From a virus: DNA of 64,000 bases. The notes under the pieces are model-generated. The model was given only the letters and a program-made list of their open reading frames with translations. It had not been told where the DNA came from and did not search any database. The position numbers were made by a program, and so were the translations under genes. Below are positions 52,787-61,795 of this stretch, one piece after another. The first letter of the stretch is position 1. Every line of letters begins with the position of its first letter. The stretch is taken from the IMG/VR virus record IMGVR_UViG_2936028420_000001, positions 1,094 to 65,093 of that record. One strand, 5' to 3'.

Positions 52787-53097
52787 CAGTCGGACGCCTT
52801 CGCCTCAGCCTTCGCGGCTTGGCCCTTCTGGTAGGGCATCCACTGCGCGTAGCCGCCGCCATCCGGCGCCAGATCATCGTCCTGCAGAAGCGCGCGCGAG
52901 GTGACGGCGAAGGTCTTTCCGGTCGCATCGGTCACCAGCAGGTTGACCATGCGCGGGCCCCACACAGCGCAAATCTGCGCCGTCAGCGGGATCGGCTTGC
53001 CGTCGGCGCCGCGCTGCGTGACCATGCCGTAGGGGCTGAGAAGCTCGTTCTTGTACGGCGTGTACCAGACGATGCGGCCGTTGCTCGGTTCGATCAT
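52786..53097 (-). CDS. Conserved phage protein
   Basis: PSNGRIVWY...VNLLV; GGAG RBS. Confidence 0.65.
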   Translation of the reverse strand: MIEPSNGRIVWYTPYKNELLSPYGMVTQRGADGKPIPLTAQICAVWGPRMVNLLVTDATGKTFAVTSRALLQDDDLAPDGGGYAQWMPYQKGQAAKAEAKASD

Positions 53098-53107
53098 TGT
53101 GATCTCC

Positions 53108-53134
53108 AAAGAAAAACCCGCCACAAGGGCGGGT
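53108..53134 (-). terminator. Intrinsic terminator upstream of late genes
   Basis: ACCCGCC/GGCGGGT stem plus TTTTTCTTT. Confidence 0.6.
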
Positions 53135-53201
53135 GAGGAAACTTTTCGGGGCAGGGCGACCGTACATCCGGGTCAAGCCCTGCCCCTCTCTCAGCGTCGG
53201 G

Positions 53202-53672
53202 TTACCCCCTCGCAAATTCTCCGTGAGCCTTTTGGGCCGCACGCAGATAAGCCGCATTGGCTTTTTCTTCCGTCTTGAACACTCCCAAATGCGTTCCGGC
53301 AAACCGAGCGCGGAAGGGATTTAGTCGAGTCCCGCGACCGACGCCCTTGAGTGCGAAGGTGCTGCTCTGCTTCTTCTTGGCATTCGCCAAATTCTGGCGG
53401 TGCGTCGCCTTACGCAGATTGCCCCATCGGTTGTTGGAACGATCCGTGTCCTCGTGATCGATCCGCCTTGGCCACTCGCCGGTCACATAGAACCACGCGA
53501 GCCGATGAGCCATGTAGGCCACCCCATCGATCGTGATTTGGGTGTAACCTCCGGTGGAGGGGTTGCCGGCAACCGAACCGACCTTCACCTTCCCCCGCTG
53601 TTTCAGCCAAATAAAAACCCCTGAAACAGGGTCGTAGGAAAGAAGTTCGTGCACACGCTCTTGAGTAAGCAC
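53202..53672 (-). CDS. HNH homing endonuclease
   Basis: AHRLAWFY...IDHEDTDRSNNRWGNLR. Confidence 0.85.
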   Translation of the reverse strand: MLTQERVHELLSYDPVSGVFIWLKQRGKVKVGSVAGNPSTGGYTQITIDGVAYMAHRLAWFYVTGEWPRRIDHEDTDRSNNRWGNLRKATHRQNLANAKKKQSSTFALKGVGRGTRLNPFRARFAGTHLGVFKTEEKANAAYLRAAQKAHGEFARG

Positions 53673-53781
53673 TTAATTCCCCACGATTAATTTTTTGACC
53701 ATCATCGATTCGAGAATATAGGTCAATAGTGCTGTCCTATATTATCAACAGCGCTGTTTCACTGGTGCGTGGGTTTTCGGG

Positions 53782-53997
53782 TCACTCCGAATCGGGCGTG
53801 CGCCAGATCCACACGTTGCCGCTCCAGTGATAGGAGCCAAACCTGATGTGCGGGTCTTTGCTCGACACCAGGGCGGGGAACGGCTTTCCACTCAATGTAT
53901 CGACTGCGATATGGCGCACCTCGCGGTGATCCGCGAGGCGCTTCTTGTGATACGGGCCGCCTTCGCAGGGCCCGTAGTTGAGGTGGCCGCCGGTCAA
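53782..53997 (-). CDS. Hypothetical protein
   Basis: ATGA-coupled, 71 aa. Confidence 0.5.
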   Translation of the reverse strand: MTGGHLNYGPCEGGPYHKKRLADHREVRHIAVDTLSGKPFPALVSSKDPHIRFGSYHWSGNVWIWRTPDSE

Positions 53998-54512
53998 CTG
54001 TCGAAGCTGGTCGCGGAGGTTACCGTGGTCACAGGAGGTTCGCCGGCCTTGTTGCCGGGCGGAAGGTCACCACCCTGCGTCTTCGATTCCGGCGGCTCGG
54101 CCGGCGGCGGCAGGATCGGGTGCTCGGCAACGCCGGTTTGGTTCTGCTCCGCTTCCCCACCGGTACCGGACTGATCCGTAACCGCTTCCGCTTCTTGTTC
54201 CTTTGCGACGGCGGCTGCGATCTCAGCGTGCGTGCTGACTGCCTCGTAGCCGGATGGCGGATAGTTCACGGCCTTGTAGCCAGCGTCCATCCACTCCTCG
54301 ATCGTTGGGCCCTTCCGCTGCGGAATCTCCGCCGACGGGTCGATGCCGTGCTCGATCTGGTGGATGACGTTCTTGCCTTCCTCGCTGGCGACGGCCCATA
54401 GGCGGCGGCCGTCGGAGATGAGCTCGACGACGAAGTGGTGGGCATAGCGAACGCCGCGCTCGAGCGGCGGGCCCATGATCTCGGGATGCGTCAGAATTGC
54501 CGGGATGTGCAT
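53994..54512 (-). CDS. Hypothetical protein
   Basis: GAAGGA-CCATCAC-ATG start; RKGPTIEEW motif. Confidence 0.7.
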   Translation of the reverse strand: MHIPAILTHPEIMGPPLERGVRYAHHFVVELISDGRRLWAVASEEGKNVIHQIEHGIDPSAEIPQRKGPTIEEWMDAGYKAVNYPPSGYEAVSTHAEIAAAVAKEQEAEAVTDQSGTGGEAEQNQTGVAEHPILPPPAEPPESKTQGGDLPPGNKAGEPPVTTVTSATSFDS

Positions 54513-54584
54513 GTGATGGTCCTTCGTGATGGTGGCCGGCTTGCTTCATCGCTTCGAGGATGGCCTGGGGCCTCGTCGCTGTCG

Positions 54585-55049
54585 TCAGAGGGTGTTGGCG
54601 GGCAAGGTCGTGGAGATTTCGCCTTCCATGCCGGCGAGCACTTCCTTGCCTTCAACGCTGTCCGGCCAGACGAGTTTCGTTCCGGTCGATATCAGCGTCG
54701 CCTCCGCGGGCGGGCCCTCCGGCTGCGGCACCGGGCCGTGCCAGCGGGCGCCGCGCGGGAGCTTGACGTCGGGCCACGGCATTTGCTCCACGCTCCGCCG
54801 AGCTCTCTCCACGGCCCTCGGCGCCCAGGTCGACTCGAAGGTGTAGCGCGCCGGGCGCACCGGCAGCTTGGTGTCGGGATCGAGAATCTCTGACGCCGGC
54901 TGGACGCCGACCGGCGCGACCACAAGGCAGATGATCTCGTTCGGCTCCAGGCCGAGCTCGCCGGCGGCCTTGGCGCGGGCGAGACCGTGCTGGATCTCGC
55001 CGTCGTGTTCTTCGGTGGTGATGGTGACGGTGACGGGTTCAACCGACAT
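54585..55049 (-). CDS. Hypothetical protein
   Basis: High GC3. Confidence 0.65.
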   Translation of the reverse strand: MSVEPVTVTITTEEHDGEIQHGLARAKAAGELGLEPNEIICLVVAPVGVQPASEILDPDTKLPVRPARYTFESTWAPRAVERARRSVEQMPWPDVKLPRGARWHGPVPQPEGPPAEATLISTGTKLVWPDSVEGKEVLAGMEGEISTTLPANTL

Positions 55050-55203
55050 TGGGCTGATCCTTGTGTTCGAGGATGTTGATCGCGGCTCTGAGCTCCGCGA
55101 TGTGCTTGTCGTTGTCGGCCCGTCCCGGCTTGCAGCGGTTTGCGAGATAGTCGAGCTTGGCCTTGAGGGTGTAGAGGGCGAAGTTCTGCTTGCCGACGGC
55201 CAT
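55039..55203 (-). CDS. 54-aa protein (not in ORF track)
   Basis: MAVGKQNFALYTLKAKLDYLANRCK...; TGATG overlap. Confidence 0.6.
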   Translation of the reverse strand: MAVGKQNFALYTLKAKLDYLANRCKPGRADNDKHIAELRAAINILEHKDQPNVG

Positions 55204-55613
55204 CAGGTGATCTTTCCCATGGATCGAGGATCGACCAGATCGACCGGCTTCGCGAACACCAGCGCGCGCATGTCTTGGAGATGGTTGTTCATCGCCGCGA
55301 CTTGCTCGGTCGTCTCGATACGCCAGTTTTTCGGGCGCAAGCCGGCCGCCCAGGCGGCATCGAGCGCCGATTGCAGAAACTCCGTGCCGGCTGGACCGGA
55401 GATCGTCGGCGGGAGGAATGTGGTGTTCACCTCCTCCGGCGTCTTAGCCTCCATGGTGATTGACGGCGCGACCGCGACGATATCGCCTCGGAAGTCGACC
55501 ATAGCCAGCAGCACCTCGCGGCCGCGACCGTACACGCTGGAATTTACGAACACGGCGAAGCGGTCGCGGATGCGATCGCCGTTTCCTGCCGTGCTGAAGG
55601 TGGCGTCGATCAT
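55203..55613 (-). CDS. Hypothetical protein
   Basis: Coupled ORF. Confidence 0.65.
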   Translation of the reverse strand: MIDATFSTAGNGDRIRDRFAVFVNSSVYGRGREVLLAMVDFRGDIVAVAPSITMEAKTPEEVNTTFLPPTISGPAGTEFLQSALDAAWAAGLRPKNWRIETTEQVAAMNNHLQDMRALVFAKPVDLVDPRSMGKIT

Positions 55614-55813
55614 AGCTTCAACTCCTTCTGCGCTTTGCGCTCCATCTGCCGGCGGCGCCGCTCAACCTCGCGGCCGCCGTTCGGCTGGTAATGCTTGCCC
55701 GGCAACACGCCATAGGCGTGCTTCTCGGCATCTCGGTGGTCGAGCTTACGGTGCGGAGGCTTCATCACCGGCGGCTCTGGCGGGACGTGCCAGACCACCT
55801 TCGACCGGCTCAC
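55610..55813 (-). CDS. Small basic protein
   Basis: GTGA overlap start. Confidence 0.55.
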   Translation of the reverse strand: MSRSKVVWHVPPEPPVMKPPHRKLDHRDAEKHAYGVLPGKHYQPNGGREVERRRRQMERKAQKELKL

Positions 55814-56421
55814 GGACGCACCTTGCGGGTCCGGCGCACGTTCACGGTGACGTCGAACGCCTTGGCGACGGCAGAGAGCACCAGGGCGATGTTCTGTCGG
55901 TACTGCGCTGGCGGTTCGACGTCGGAGCAGCACAGATCGTCGAGGACGTTCTTGGCCTGCGAGCCGTAAGGGCTGATCGCCTTCATCAGCTTCTCGTAGT
56001 CCTTTCGGGCTTTACGGGCTTTGGTCTCGTACTCCTTGATTCCGTCCGTCTCGTTGGCGAGGCGTTCGAGTGTCTGATCCGATCCGAAGGCGCGCTCGAA
56101 CGACGGCGAGCGTGCGGTGCGGCGCCCCTCGACATGGAATTTCTCGAAGCGGGCCATGACGTAGGCGACACGGCGAGCGGCTTCCGCCTGCAACGGCGTC
56201 AGGTGATTGTGCACCATCAGCCGGCCGATCGAGCTTACGAGCTCACGACTGATCTTGTAGGCGTTGCGCGCCTCCTCATCGAGCGACTTGTAGCGGTGCC
56301 AGATCACGGTTTCACCCCCGCGCTTCTTCTGAGCGCGAGGGTATCGCTTCACGGCTGAGACAGACTTGATCGCTTCGTTCACTGTGATGGCCCCATGGTG
56401 ATGGTGGGAGATGTTGAGCAT
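55810..56421 (-). CDS. Putative late-gene regulator (Q/DUF6456-like)
   Basis: IGRL...LTPLQAEAARR pattern; between replication and packaging genes. Confidence 0.45.
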   Translation of the reverse strand: MLNISHHHHGAITVNEAIKSVSAVKRYPRAQKKRGGETVIWHRYKSLDEEARNAYKISRELVSSIGRLMVHNHLTPLQAEAARRVAYVMARFEKFHVEGRRTARSPSFERAFGSDQTLERLANETDGIKEYETKARKARKDYEKLMKAISPYGSQAKNVLDDLCCSDVEPPAQYRQNIALVLSAVAKAFDVTVNVRRTRKVRP

Positions 56422-56454
56422 TGTGATGGTCTGCCCTTCGTGGTGATGGTTGGT

Positions 56455-56661
56455 CTACGCCTTGGTGACTTTGAAGCCCCGCGCTTCGAGGAACTTGATG
56501 CTCTCGGCGATCTCGAACCAGATATCGGCGTCAGAATGGTGTGTCCCCGTCGCCGAAGGGGATTGTCCCTGCTTCGCCGCCAGATTGGCCCGGCGGGTCT
56601 CCCATGCCTTCTTCATGACAGACTTCGAGCGTTTGCGCTTCTTGGGCGTGGCTTTCTTCAC
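56455..56661 (-). CDS. Small basic protein
   Basis: GAGGAG RBS, Lys/Arg-rich. Confidence 0.6.
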   Translation of the reverse strand: MKKATPKKRKRSKSVMKKAWETRRANLAAKQGQSPSATGTHHSDADIWFEIAESIKFLEARGFKVTKA

Positions 56662-56872
56662 TGGTGGTGGTCTCCTCTGGTACGGTCACCTTGAATGATG
56701 GTGACCAGTTGAACGCGGTCTTGCGCGCGGTGGTGGCATGATAGGTCTCAAGCCATTGCTTGGACAGTGCAACGCGCCCGGTTTCCCGTTTGGCATCGCG
56801 CATCCGCTCCTCGGCATCCCGTTGCTTGAGGTAGAAGCGCGCGGCTCCGGTGTTTTCGGGCTTGAAGGTCAC
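56531..56872 (-). CDS. Hypothetical protein
   Basis: GTGA-coupled; C-terminus overlaps next gene. Confidence 0.5.
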   Translation of the reverse strand: MTFKPENTGAARFYLKQRDAEERMRDAKRETGRVALSKQWLETYHATTARKTAFNWSPSFKVTVPEETTTSEESHAQEAQTLEVCHEEGMGDPPGQSGGEAGTIPFGDGDTPF

Positions 56873-57180
56873 GGCTTCGCCCTCATGCCTGCCGTGATGG
56901 CTTCTCGGATGATCTCGTGCTCGCGCCAGCGGCGCGCGTCGGCCTCGGTACCGAACACGGGAGGCGGGATGCGCCGCGCCGGCTCCGCGCCGAACTGCTC
57001 CGGTGTGACGTTCACGACGAAGGAATCGCCTGAGCGCATCAGGACGTGGCGCACTCGGGACCGCTCGAAAGCCGCCATGGCTTCCAGCATCTGGTTGTCG
57101 GTCGGCTCCGGCAGCAACGCCTGCTTCGACGGCTTCGGCCGCGCGGATCGGGCGCGCATCGGCTTGCGCTTAGCGGTCAT
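56869..57180 (-). CDS. Hypothetical protein
   Basis: ATGA overlap with replication gene stop. Confidence 0.6.
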   Translation of the reverse strand: MTAKRKPMRARSARPKPSKQALLPEPTDNQMLEAMAAFERSRVRHVLMRSGDSFVVNVTPEQFGAEPARRIPPPVFGTEADARRWREHEIIREAITAGMRAKP

Positions 57181-58250
57181 GCCGACACCTGGGCGGGCAG
57201 CGCGCGGCCGGTGGCGGGATCTATCCCGTGCGCGATCAGCAGCGGCGCCGGGCAGCGGCAGCCGCTCATGCCGGGCTCGGGGCCGTAGTGGCGCGACCAA
57301 TGCGAGTTGTTGGCCTTCCAGCGCTCGACGGCTTTCTCCCACTCGTCGATCGACGGCTTATAGGCCGCGGACACCTCGACGCGCGCCGGCGCCTTGGCCG
57401 ATTCCTTCGTGGCGCGCCGCTTGAACTCGGCGCACCACAGCGTCCACGTCTTGCTCCAGTTCTGCGAGAACGTCCCGCGCTGGGCATTGAGCGCGTGGAA
57501 GCGCAACACCTCGCCGTCGATATCGGAATCGGTCATGCCGTGGTCGTGAGCGACCGCGATGCAGGTCTCGTCGGGAACCCACGTCTCCGGCAGGACAGTG
57601 CCTAAAGCTGATCCGATCTGCTTCGGCTGGGTTTCCTGAACAGCCAAATCATTTTCAACCTTGGTCGTCGTCGTCGTACCAGAAGCCGTTTCCGGATCGC
57701 TCGCCGCAACGACAACAACAGGTTTATCTATGGATTTGGATTCTTCCTTCCCCTTCCTCCTTCCTCCTTCCTCCTTCTCTTGGGCTGGCTTTTCCGTACT
57801 GGTGGGTGACTGGTGGGTGATGTCTCCACCAACATTCTCTCCGTTGTTACCCACTGGCTGGGTGATTCCGGTGATGTGGTAGTGTGATGGCACGGTACCA
57901 TCGTCCTTGAGAGCGATGAAATTGCGGTGCTCTGGCGGTATCTCGACCTTGTAGGTCGGCTTCTTCGGGCGCTGGAAGCGGCAGAAATTGCGCACGAGGC
58001 CATAACTGCGGCCGCCGATCTCGACCTTGCGGATGATGTTTGCCTGCTCCAACTCGGCGAGAAGGTCTTCGCCCTTAACCTTGTCGACCGGAGCCAACTT
58101 GAAACGCAGTCGGGTTGGCTGCCACTCGAAAGCGCCATGATCGTCGCTCTCGGTCCAAAGGCCGATCATGAACAGGCGGGCGGATGGCGACAGGCCCATG
58201 AACGCTTCGTCGGTAAACAGGTCGGGGTGTATTGAGCGGATGCGCGCCAT
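57177..58250 (-). CDS. Phage replication initiator (N-terminal wHTH, DnaT-like C-terminal domain)
   Basis: MARIRSIHPDLFTDE...DDHG.F; LPETWVPD...F......NWSKTWTLW. Confidence 0.85.
   Translation of the reverse strand: MARIRSIHPDLFTDEAFMGLSPSARLFMIGLWTESDDHGAFEWQPTRLRFKLAPVDKVKGEDLLAELEQANIIRKVEIGGRSYGLVRNFCRFQRPKKPTYKVEIPPEHRNFIALKDDGTVPSHYHITGITQPVGNNGENVGGDITHQSPTSTEKPAQEKEEGGRRKGKEESKSIDKPVVVVAASDPETASGTTTTTKVENDLAVQETQPKQIGSALGTVLPETWVPDETCIAVAHDHGMTDSDIDGEVLRFHALNAQRGTFSQNWSKTWTLWCAEFKRRATKESAKAPARVEVSAAYKPSIDEWEKAVERWKANNSHWSRHYGPEPGMSGCRCPAPLLIAHGIDPATGRALPAQVSA
57798..57865. repeat. Iteron-like repeats, putative replication origin
   Basis: ACTGGTGGGTG x2 in tandem plus ACTGGCTGGGTG in the initiator linker, as for lambda ori in O. 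Confidence 0.55.
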
Positions 58251-58535
58251 CTATTTGGTCTCCGGCTTTTGCCATTTACTGCATGCTTCCCAGCGCACGC
58301 GGATGTCTGAGCGGGGCCCGTGGGTCCAGCACGCTCGGGTCAGTTCGCATTTCGGATAGGCCTTGCCGCGGCCAGTCCGAACGATGTGTTTGCAGGATCC
58401 GCAAGTCTCGCCGGTGGGGCCCGTGCCTGGGCGATCGGCACCGCCGCGGGCGGCGACGTAATGTTTACCGCGGGGCTTCACGGTGACGGTCTCGCCGCCC
58501 ATGGTTGTGAATGTCAGTTGGCCGGTGCCCTTCAT
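58251..58535 (-). CDS. Cys-rich phage protein
   Basis: GETCGSCKH...KC...C. Confidence 0.65.
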   Translation of the reverse strand: MKGTGQLTFTTMGGETVTVKPRGKHYVAARGGADRPGTGPTGETCGSCKHIVRTGRGKAYPKCELTRACWTHGPRSDIRVRWEACSKWQKPETK

Positions 58536-58765
58536 CAGGGCACCAACCGGTAGCCGTAGACGGGGCGACCGCCGTTGCCGGGCATCTGCTGGCGCTGGGC
58601 TTTGCCGTTGGCGAGCAGTTTGGTCAGAGCGTAGCGGACGGACTCCTCGCTATCGCCAAGGGCTGTAGCGACCTCGGAGGCGCGCTGCCATTGATGTGTC
58701 AGTGCGGCAGCCACGCGCGGATAGCGCGCAGCCGTCTGCATTCGTTGGGGCGAATTGGTGTTCAT
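58535..58765 (-). CDS. Winged-helix DNA-binding protein
   Basis: RASEVATALG..EESVRYALTKLLANG...YGYRL. Confidence 0.65.
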   Translation of the reverse strand: MNTNSPQRMQTAARYPRVAAALTHQWQRASEVATALGDSEESVRYALTKLLANGKAQRQQMPGNGGRPVYGYRLVP

Positions 58766-58794
58766 GATGGCCTCGGTGATGGACGAGATGTGGT

Positions 58795-59283
58795 TTAGCT
58801 TCGCGCAAACTCTCCGAAGGCCTCCTTGGCTGCCGCCTGATACGCGGCGCTGGCACCCTCAATGGTTTCGAAATGACCTAGTGACTTCCGCTTACCGTCA
58901 GTCCGGATGCGAGCCTCAAATGGCCGACTGAGAGATTTATTGCTGCGTCGGACGCCCTTCACGCCTGTCAGGCTATCGATCCGGGCCTTTTTGTTTCCCT
59001 CGTTTTGGGTTTTGGTTGCGGCGCGGAGGTTGACCCATTTATTGTTTGTTCTATCGAGATCACGATGGTCAACTTCGCCATCGGGCCACTCGCCTGTCAT
59101 GTAAAAGACGGCGAGCCGATTCAGTCGATAGTGGATGCCGGCGATCTTGACCCGTAGGTAGCCATCGCTATCCGGGCCGCCAGCCGCACGATCGACGACG
59201 CGGCCACGGAGAAAAATCCATCGCCATTCGCCAGTTTCAGCGTCGTAAGAGAGAACCGTCTTTAGCCGCTCTAAGGTCAGCAT
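58795..59283 (-). CDS. HNH-AP2 homing endonuclease
   Basis: VDHRDLDRTNNKWVNLR; TGVKGV...SLGHF. Confidence 0.9.
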   Translation of the reverse strand: MLTLERLKTVLSYDAETGEWRWIFLRGRVVDRAAGGPDSDGYLRVKIAGIHYRLNRLAVFYMTGEWPDGEVDHRDLDRTNNKWVNLRAATKTQNEGNKKARIDSLTGVKGVRRSNKSLSRPFEARIRTDGKRKSLGHFETIEGASAAYQAAAKEAFGEFARS

Positions 59284-59347
59284 TTTGCTACATCCCGTGA
59301 TGGAAGGATGGGACCGGCGGCTGATGAGGCCGCCGGGTAGAGTAGGA

Positions 59348-60160
59348 TCAGACGTTGCCGGGCGAACCCAGCATGACGGGCACCTTGGTGTGCTCGGCGA
59401 TCTCGTCGGCGATGCGCGTCAGTTCGGCCTCGATCACGCTCTCGATCTTGGAGAGCTTGAAACCGACCATCAGCTTGCCGTCGTCGATCTCGTCGCGGGC
59501 ATAGGCGGTGACCACCACGGGATTCTCGCCGAGATAGACCGGGATCGCGAGGGTCCAGACCGGCGGGAGCTCGGTGCCGTCGATGTCCAGGCTGCTACCG
59601 CTGATGCCGCGGTCGGAGCCGGCGGACAGCATCTTGCGGCCGACCCGCATGTTGACGCCCTTCTCCATGTCGAGAACCATTTCGAGCAGGGTGGCGCCGG
59701 GCGGCGAGGTGATGTCGAGTTTGTGCTCCTCGAGGAAGCGGGCGAACTTCTTCTGCTCCATCATCACGCCGTCCACGCCGGTCCACGTCCGCCACTCCTT
59801 GGAGTGCGCCAGCTGCAGGACCGCGTGATGCTTGCGCAGGCCGGCGGCAGCGCTGCCGGCGGTGTGATAGTCGACGCAGGCCACGATCTTGGCGGTGTCG
59901 AGGTTGGCGAAGATCACGGTCGAGTCGTTCTTGAAGCGGTTCACGTAGTCGATCAGGCTCTGCGTGGTGGCGACCAGGGGGCCGCCGGAGACGAAGCCCG
60001 GCTTCGGCGTGATCTCGGAATCAGGCGTCAGCTGCTTGGCGGTGTAGGAGCCGCCGGTACCGGGGATCATGAGCCATTCGATGCCGCGCTCGTCCTTGAC
60101 GAGGGTGGGCACGTGGTTGATGGCGGCGGCGATTGAAACGACGTCGGTAGCTTCGGACAT
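59348..60160 (-). CDS. DUF2303 (YfdQ-like) protein
   Basis: SLIDYVNRFK...DYH...W..W...QKKFARFLEEH pattern. Confidence 0.75.
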   Translation of the reverse strand: MSEATDVVSIAAAINHVPTLVKDERGIEWLMIPGTGGSYTAKQLTPDSEITPKPGFVSGGPLVATTQSLIDYVNRFKNDSTVIFANLDTAKIVACVDYHTAGSAAAGLRKHHAVLQLAHSKEWRTWTGVDGVMMEQKKFARFLEEHKLDITSPPGATLLEMVLDMEKGVNMRVGRKMLSAGSDRGISGSSLDIDGTELPPVWTLAIPVYLGENPVVVTAYARDEIDDGKLMVGFKLSKIESVIEAELTRIADEIAEHTKVPVMLGSPGNV

Positions 60161-60228
60161 TGGTTTTCCCTGTGATGGTTGCAGATGTGATGGGTAGGGC
60201 GAGCGGGGCGATGGTCCCGCTCGGATCG

Positions 60229-60429
60229 TCAGGTTATCGCGATGTGGACAGGCTTACCGAGCAATGATCCAGACACGCGACAGAAGTCATCACCGACGTT
60301 GAGATTGAGGGTAGCCGGCATGCCACCGGCGACCCCGGAGACGGTCAGCGTTTCGTCGCTTGACTCGGTGATGTCGACAGAGAAATCCACGCCAAGGAAC
60401 GTCCCGCTCACTGTTTTGGCTTTACGCAC
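60229..60429 (-). CDS. Small beta-rich protein
   Basis: 66 aa, inserted between YfdP/Q-like genes. Confidence 0.45.
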   Translation of the reverse strand: MRKAKTVSGTFLGVDFSVDITESSDETLTVSGVAGGMPATLNLNVGDDFCRVSGSLLGKPVHIAIT

Positions 60430-60817
60430 GGCGGGAGTCCCCGTCGATCACGGTCACGTTGCCACGGCCGACGCGGTTGAGATCGCCTTCCTGCTGGCGC
60501 GCCACGGCGGTACCGCGATCGTTGCCCTCGTGGATCAAGCTCATCTGACGCGGATCGGTCCGGATCAGCTTGTTGTCCTCGGTGGCGTAGTAGATCGCCG
60601 TCTTGATGTCCTCGGCCGGCAGCGAGATGCCGATCTTGGCGGAGATTTCGAGCTCGCCATCGCCATCCTTGAGCGGCTTGATGCCGATCTTGAGAGTGAC
60701 GGCGCCGCCCTTGCCGGTGGCACGGACAGCTTCAACGACTTTGGCGAGAGCGGTAGATGCAGCGCGATCGGCAGCGCCGCCCCTCATACTGGCAACGGCT
60801 TCAGCAAATTCGGCCAT
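60422..60817 (-). CDS. YfdP-like partner of DUF2303
   Basis: AVRATGKGGAVTLKIGIKP...DPRQ. Confidence 0.7.
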   Translation of the reverse strand: MAEFAEAVASMRGGAADRAASTALAKVVEAVRATGKGGAVTLKIGIKPLKDGDGELEISAKIGISLPAEDIKTAIYYATEDNKLIRTDPRQMSLIHEGNDRGTAVARQQEGDLNRVGRGNVTVIDGDSRRA

Positions 60818-60880
60818 TTGGTGATGGTCCTTCCGGTGTGGTGGTGTGATGGTGTGATGGTGGGGAAGTGGTTCAGTATC

Positions 60881-61045
60881 TCACACGGCTGGTGAGTCGT
60901 AGAGAGTCAAGTCGCGGTTATCCGCCGTTTCTTCTTGGTTTTCGTAGGGTGAAATGGTGATCGATGGTTCGTCACCATGCAGCAGGGCGATGGCGACGAT
61001 GATGCCGCCGGTTATCATCATGAGGCTGCCGATGAACTCGATCAT
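60881..61045 (-). CDS. 54-aa membrane protein (not in ORF track)
   Basis: MIEFIGSLMMITGGIIVAIALLHG...; ATGA overlap. Confidence 0.5.
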   Translation of the reverse strand: MIEFIGSLMMITGGIIVAIALLHGDEPSITISPYENQEETADNRDLTLYDSPAV

Positions 61046-61377
61046 GGCTTTGCAACCATTCCGACTTGGACGGGGATGCCGCCCTTACCGCAGTAGCCAC
61101 CCAACTCCTCGTGTACAGTGAAACTGGCGGCGTTGTTGGTCTCCGGATCGCAGGGCTTGTAGACGTTGATGACCTTGCCCCACCGCCACGCCATGCAGGC
61201 GGAGCCGATGCACATCTGCGGCGCGGTATAGACCGCGTGGCCAGCGCCGCCAGAGGCATATGGAGGGAGGGAGTGCCATGAAGTCGCGTAGGCGTGGCCA
61301 TCTGCGCTCAGTCCGGTAGCCGCCGCGAAACTCTCCTGACAGCGCTTGGTCTTCGCTTCTTCCTCGGTGACGATCAT
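61042..61377 (-). CDS. Cys-containing phage protein
   Basis: EEAKTKRC...CIGSACMAWRW...GYCG. Confidence 0.7.
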   Translation of the reverse strand: MIVTEEEAKTKRCQESFAAATGLSADGHAYATSWHSLPPYASGGAGHAVYTAPQMCIGSACMAWRWGKVINVYKPCDPETNNAASFTVHEELGGYCGKGGIPVQVGMVAKP

Positions 61378-61613
61378 CGGCCCGCGCTCCCAGGTGTGAC
61401 CACCCCGGTGAACATCGGCTGACCGAAGGCCACGAGCGGCGCGTTTCTTGATGCGTCAATGGTGTTACGCAGCTCCAGCGCGTCAGCGATGCGCTTGAGG
61501 CTGATCGCGATCGAGGCGATTCCGGCGTCGCTATCGATCATGGCGATGTCGGGCTCAAGCCGTTTGATCGTATCGAGATAGGCGTCGACACGTTCTTTCT
61601 CGGGACTGCTCAT
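61374..61613 (-). CDS. Hypothetical protein
   Basis: AISLKRIADAL motif; AAGG-T-CCATCACA-ATG start. Confidence 0.65.
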   Translation of the reverse strand: MSSPEKERVDAYLDTIKRLEPDIAMIDSDAGIASIAISLKRIADALELRNTIDASRNAPLVAFGQPMFTGVVTPGSAGR

Positions 61614-61795
61614 TGTGATGGACCTTGTTGGGTTGCGAACGCGATGGCTGCCTCGATGTCCCATGGCTCGCTGATGGGCGGCAGCTCGACCGTCTCGATG
61701 GGCGTCAGGCCGGTGCAGCCGACGAATTGCGGGCCGTACCAGATCTGAGGCTGGGGACCGGATTGGGCGGGGAGGATCACGAGGAAGGCGGTCAC
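61610..61795 (-). CDS. Hypothetical protein
   Basis: GTGA/ATGA coupling. Confidence 0.55.
   Translation of the reverse strand: MTAFLVILPAQSGPQPQIWYGPQFVGCTGLTPIETVELPPISEPWDIEAAIAFATQQGPSQ

Noticed and set aside
56384-56449. His4 tag-like N-terminus (SHHHH) of the regulator as a metal-binding site
   Set aside because: It is the translation of CCATCAC repeats; the true start may be the downstream GTG.
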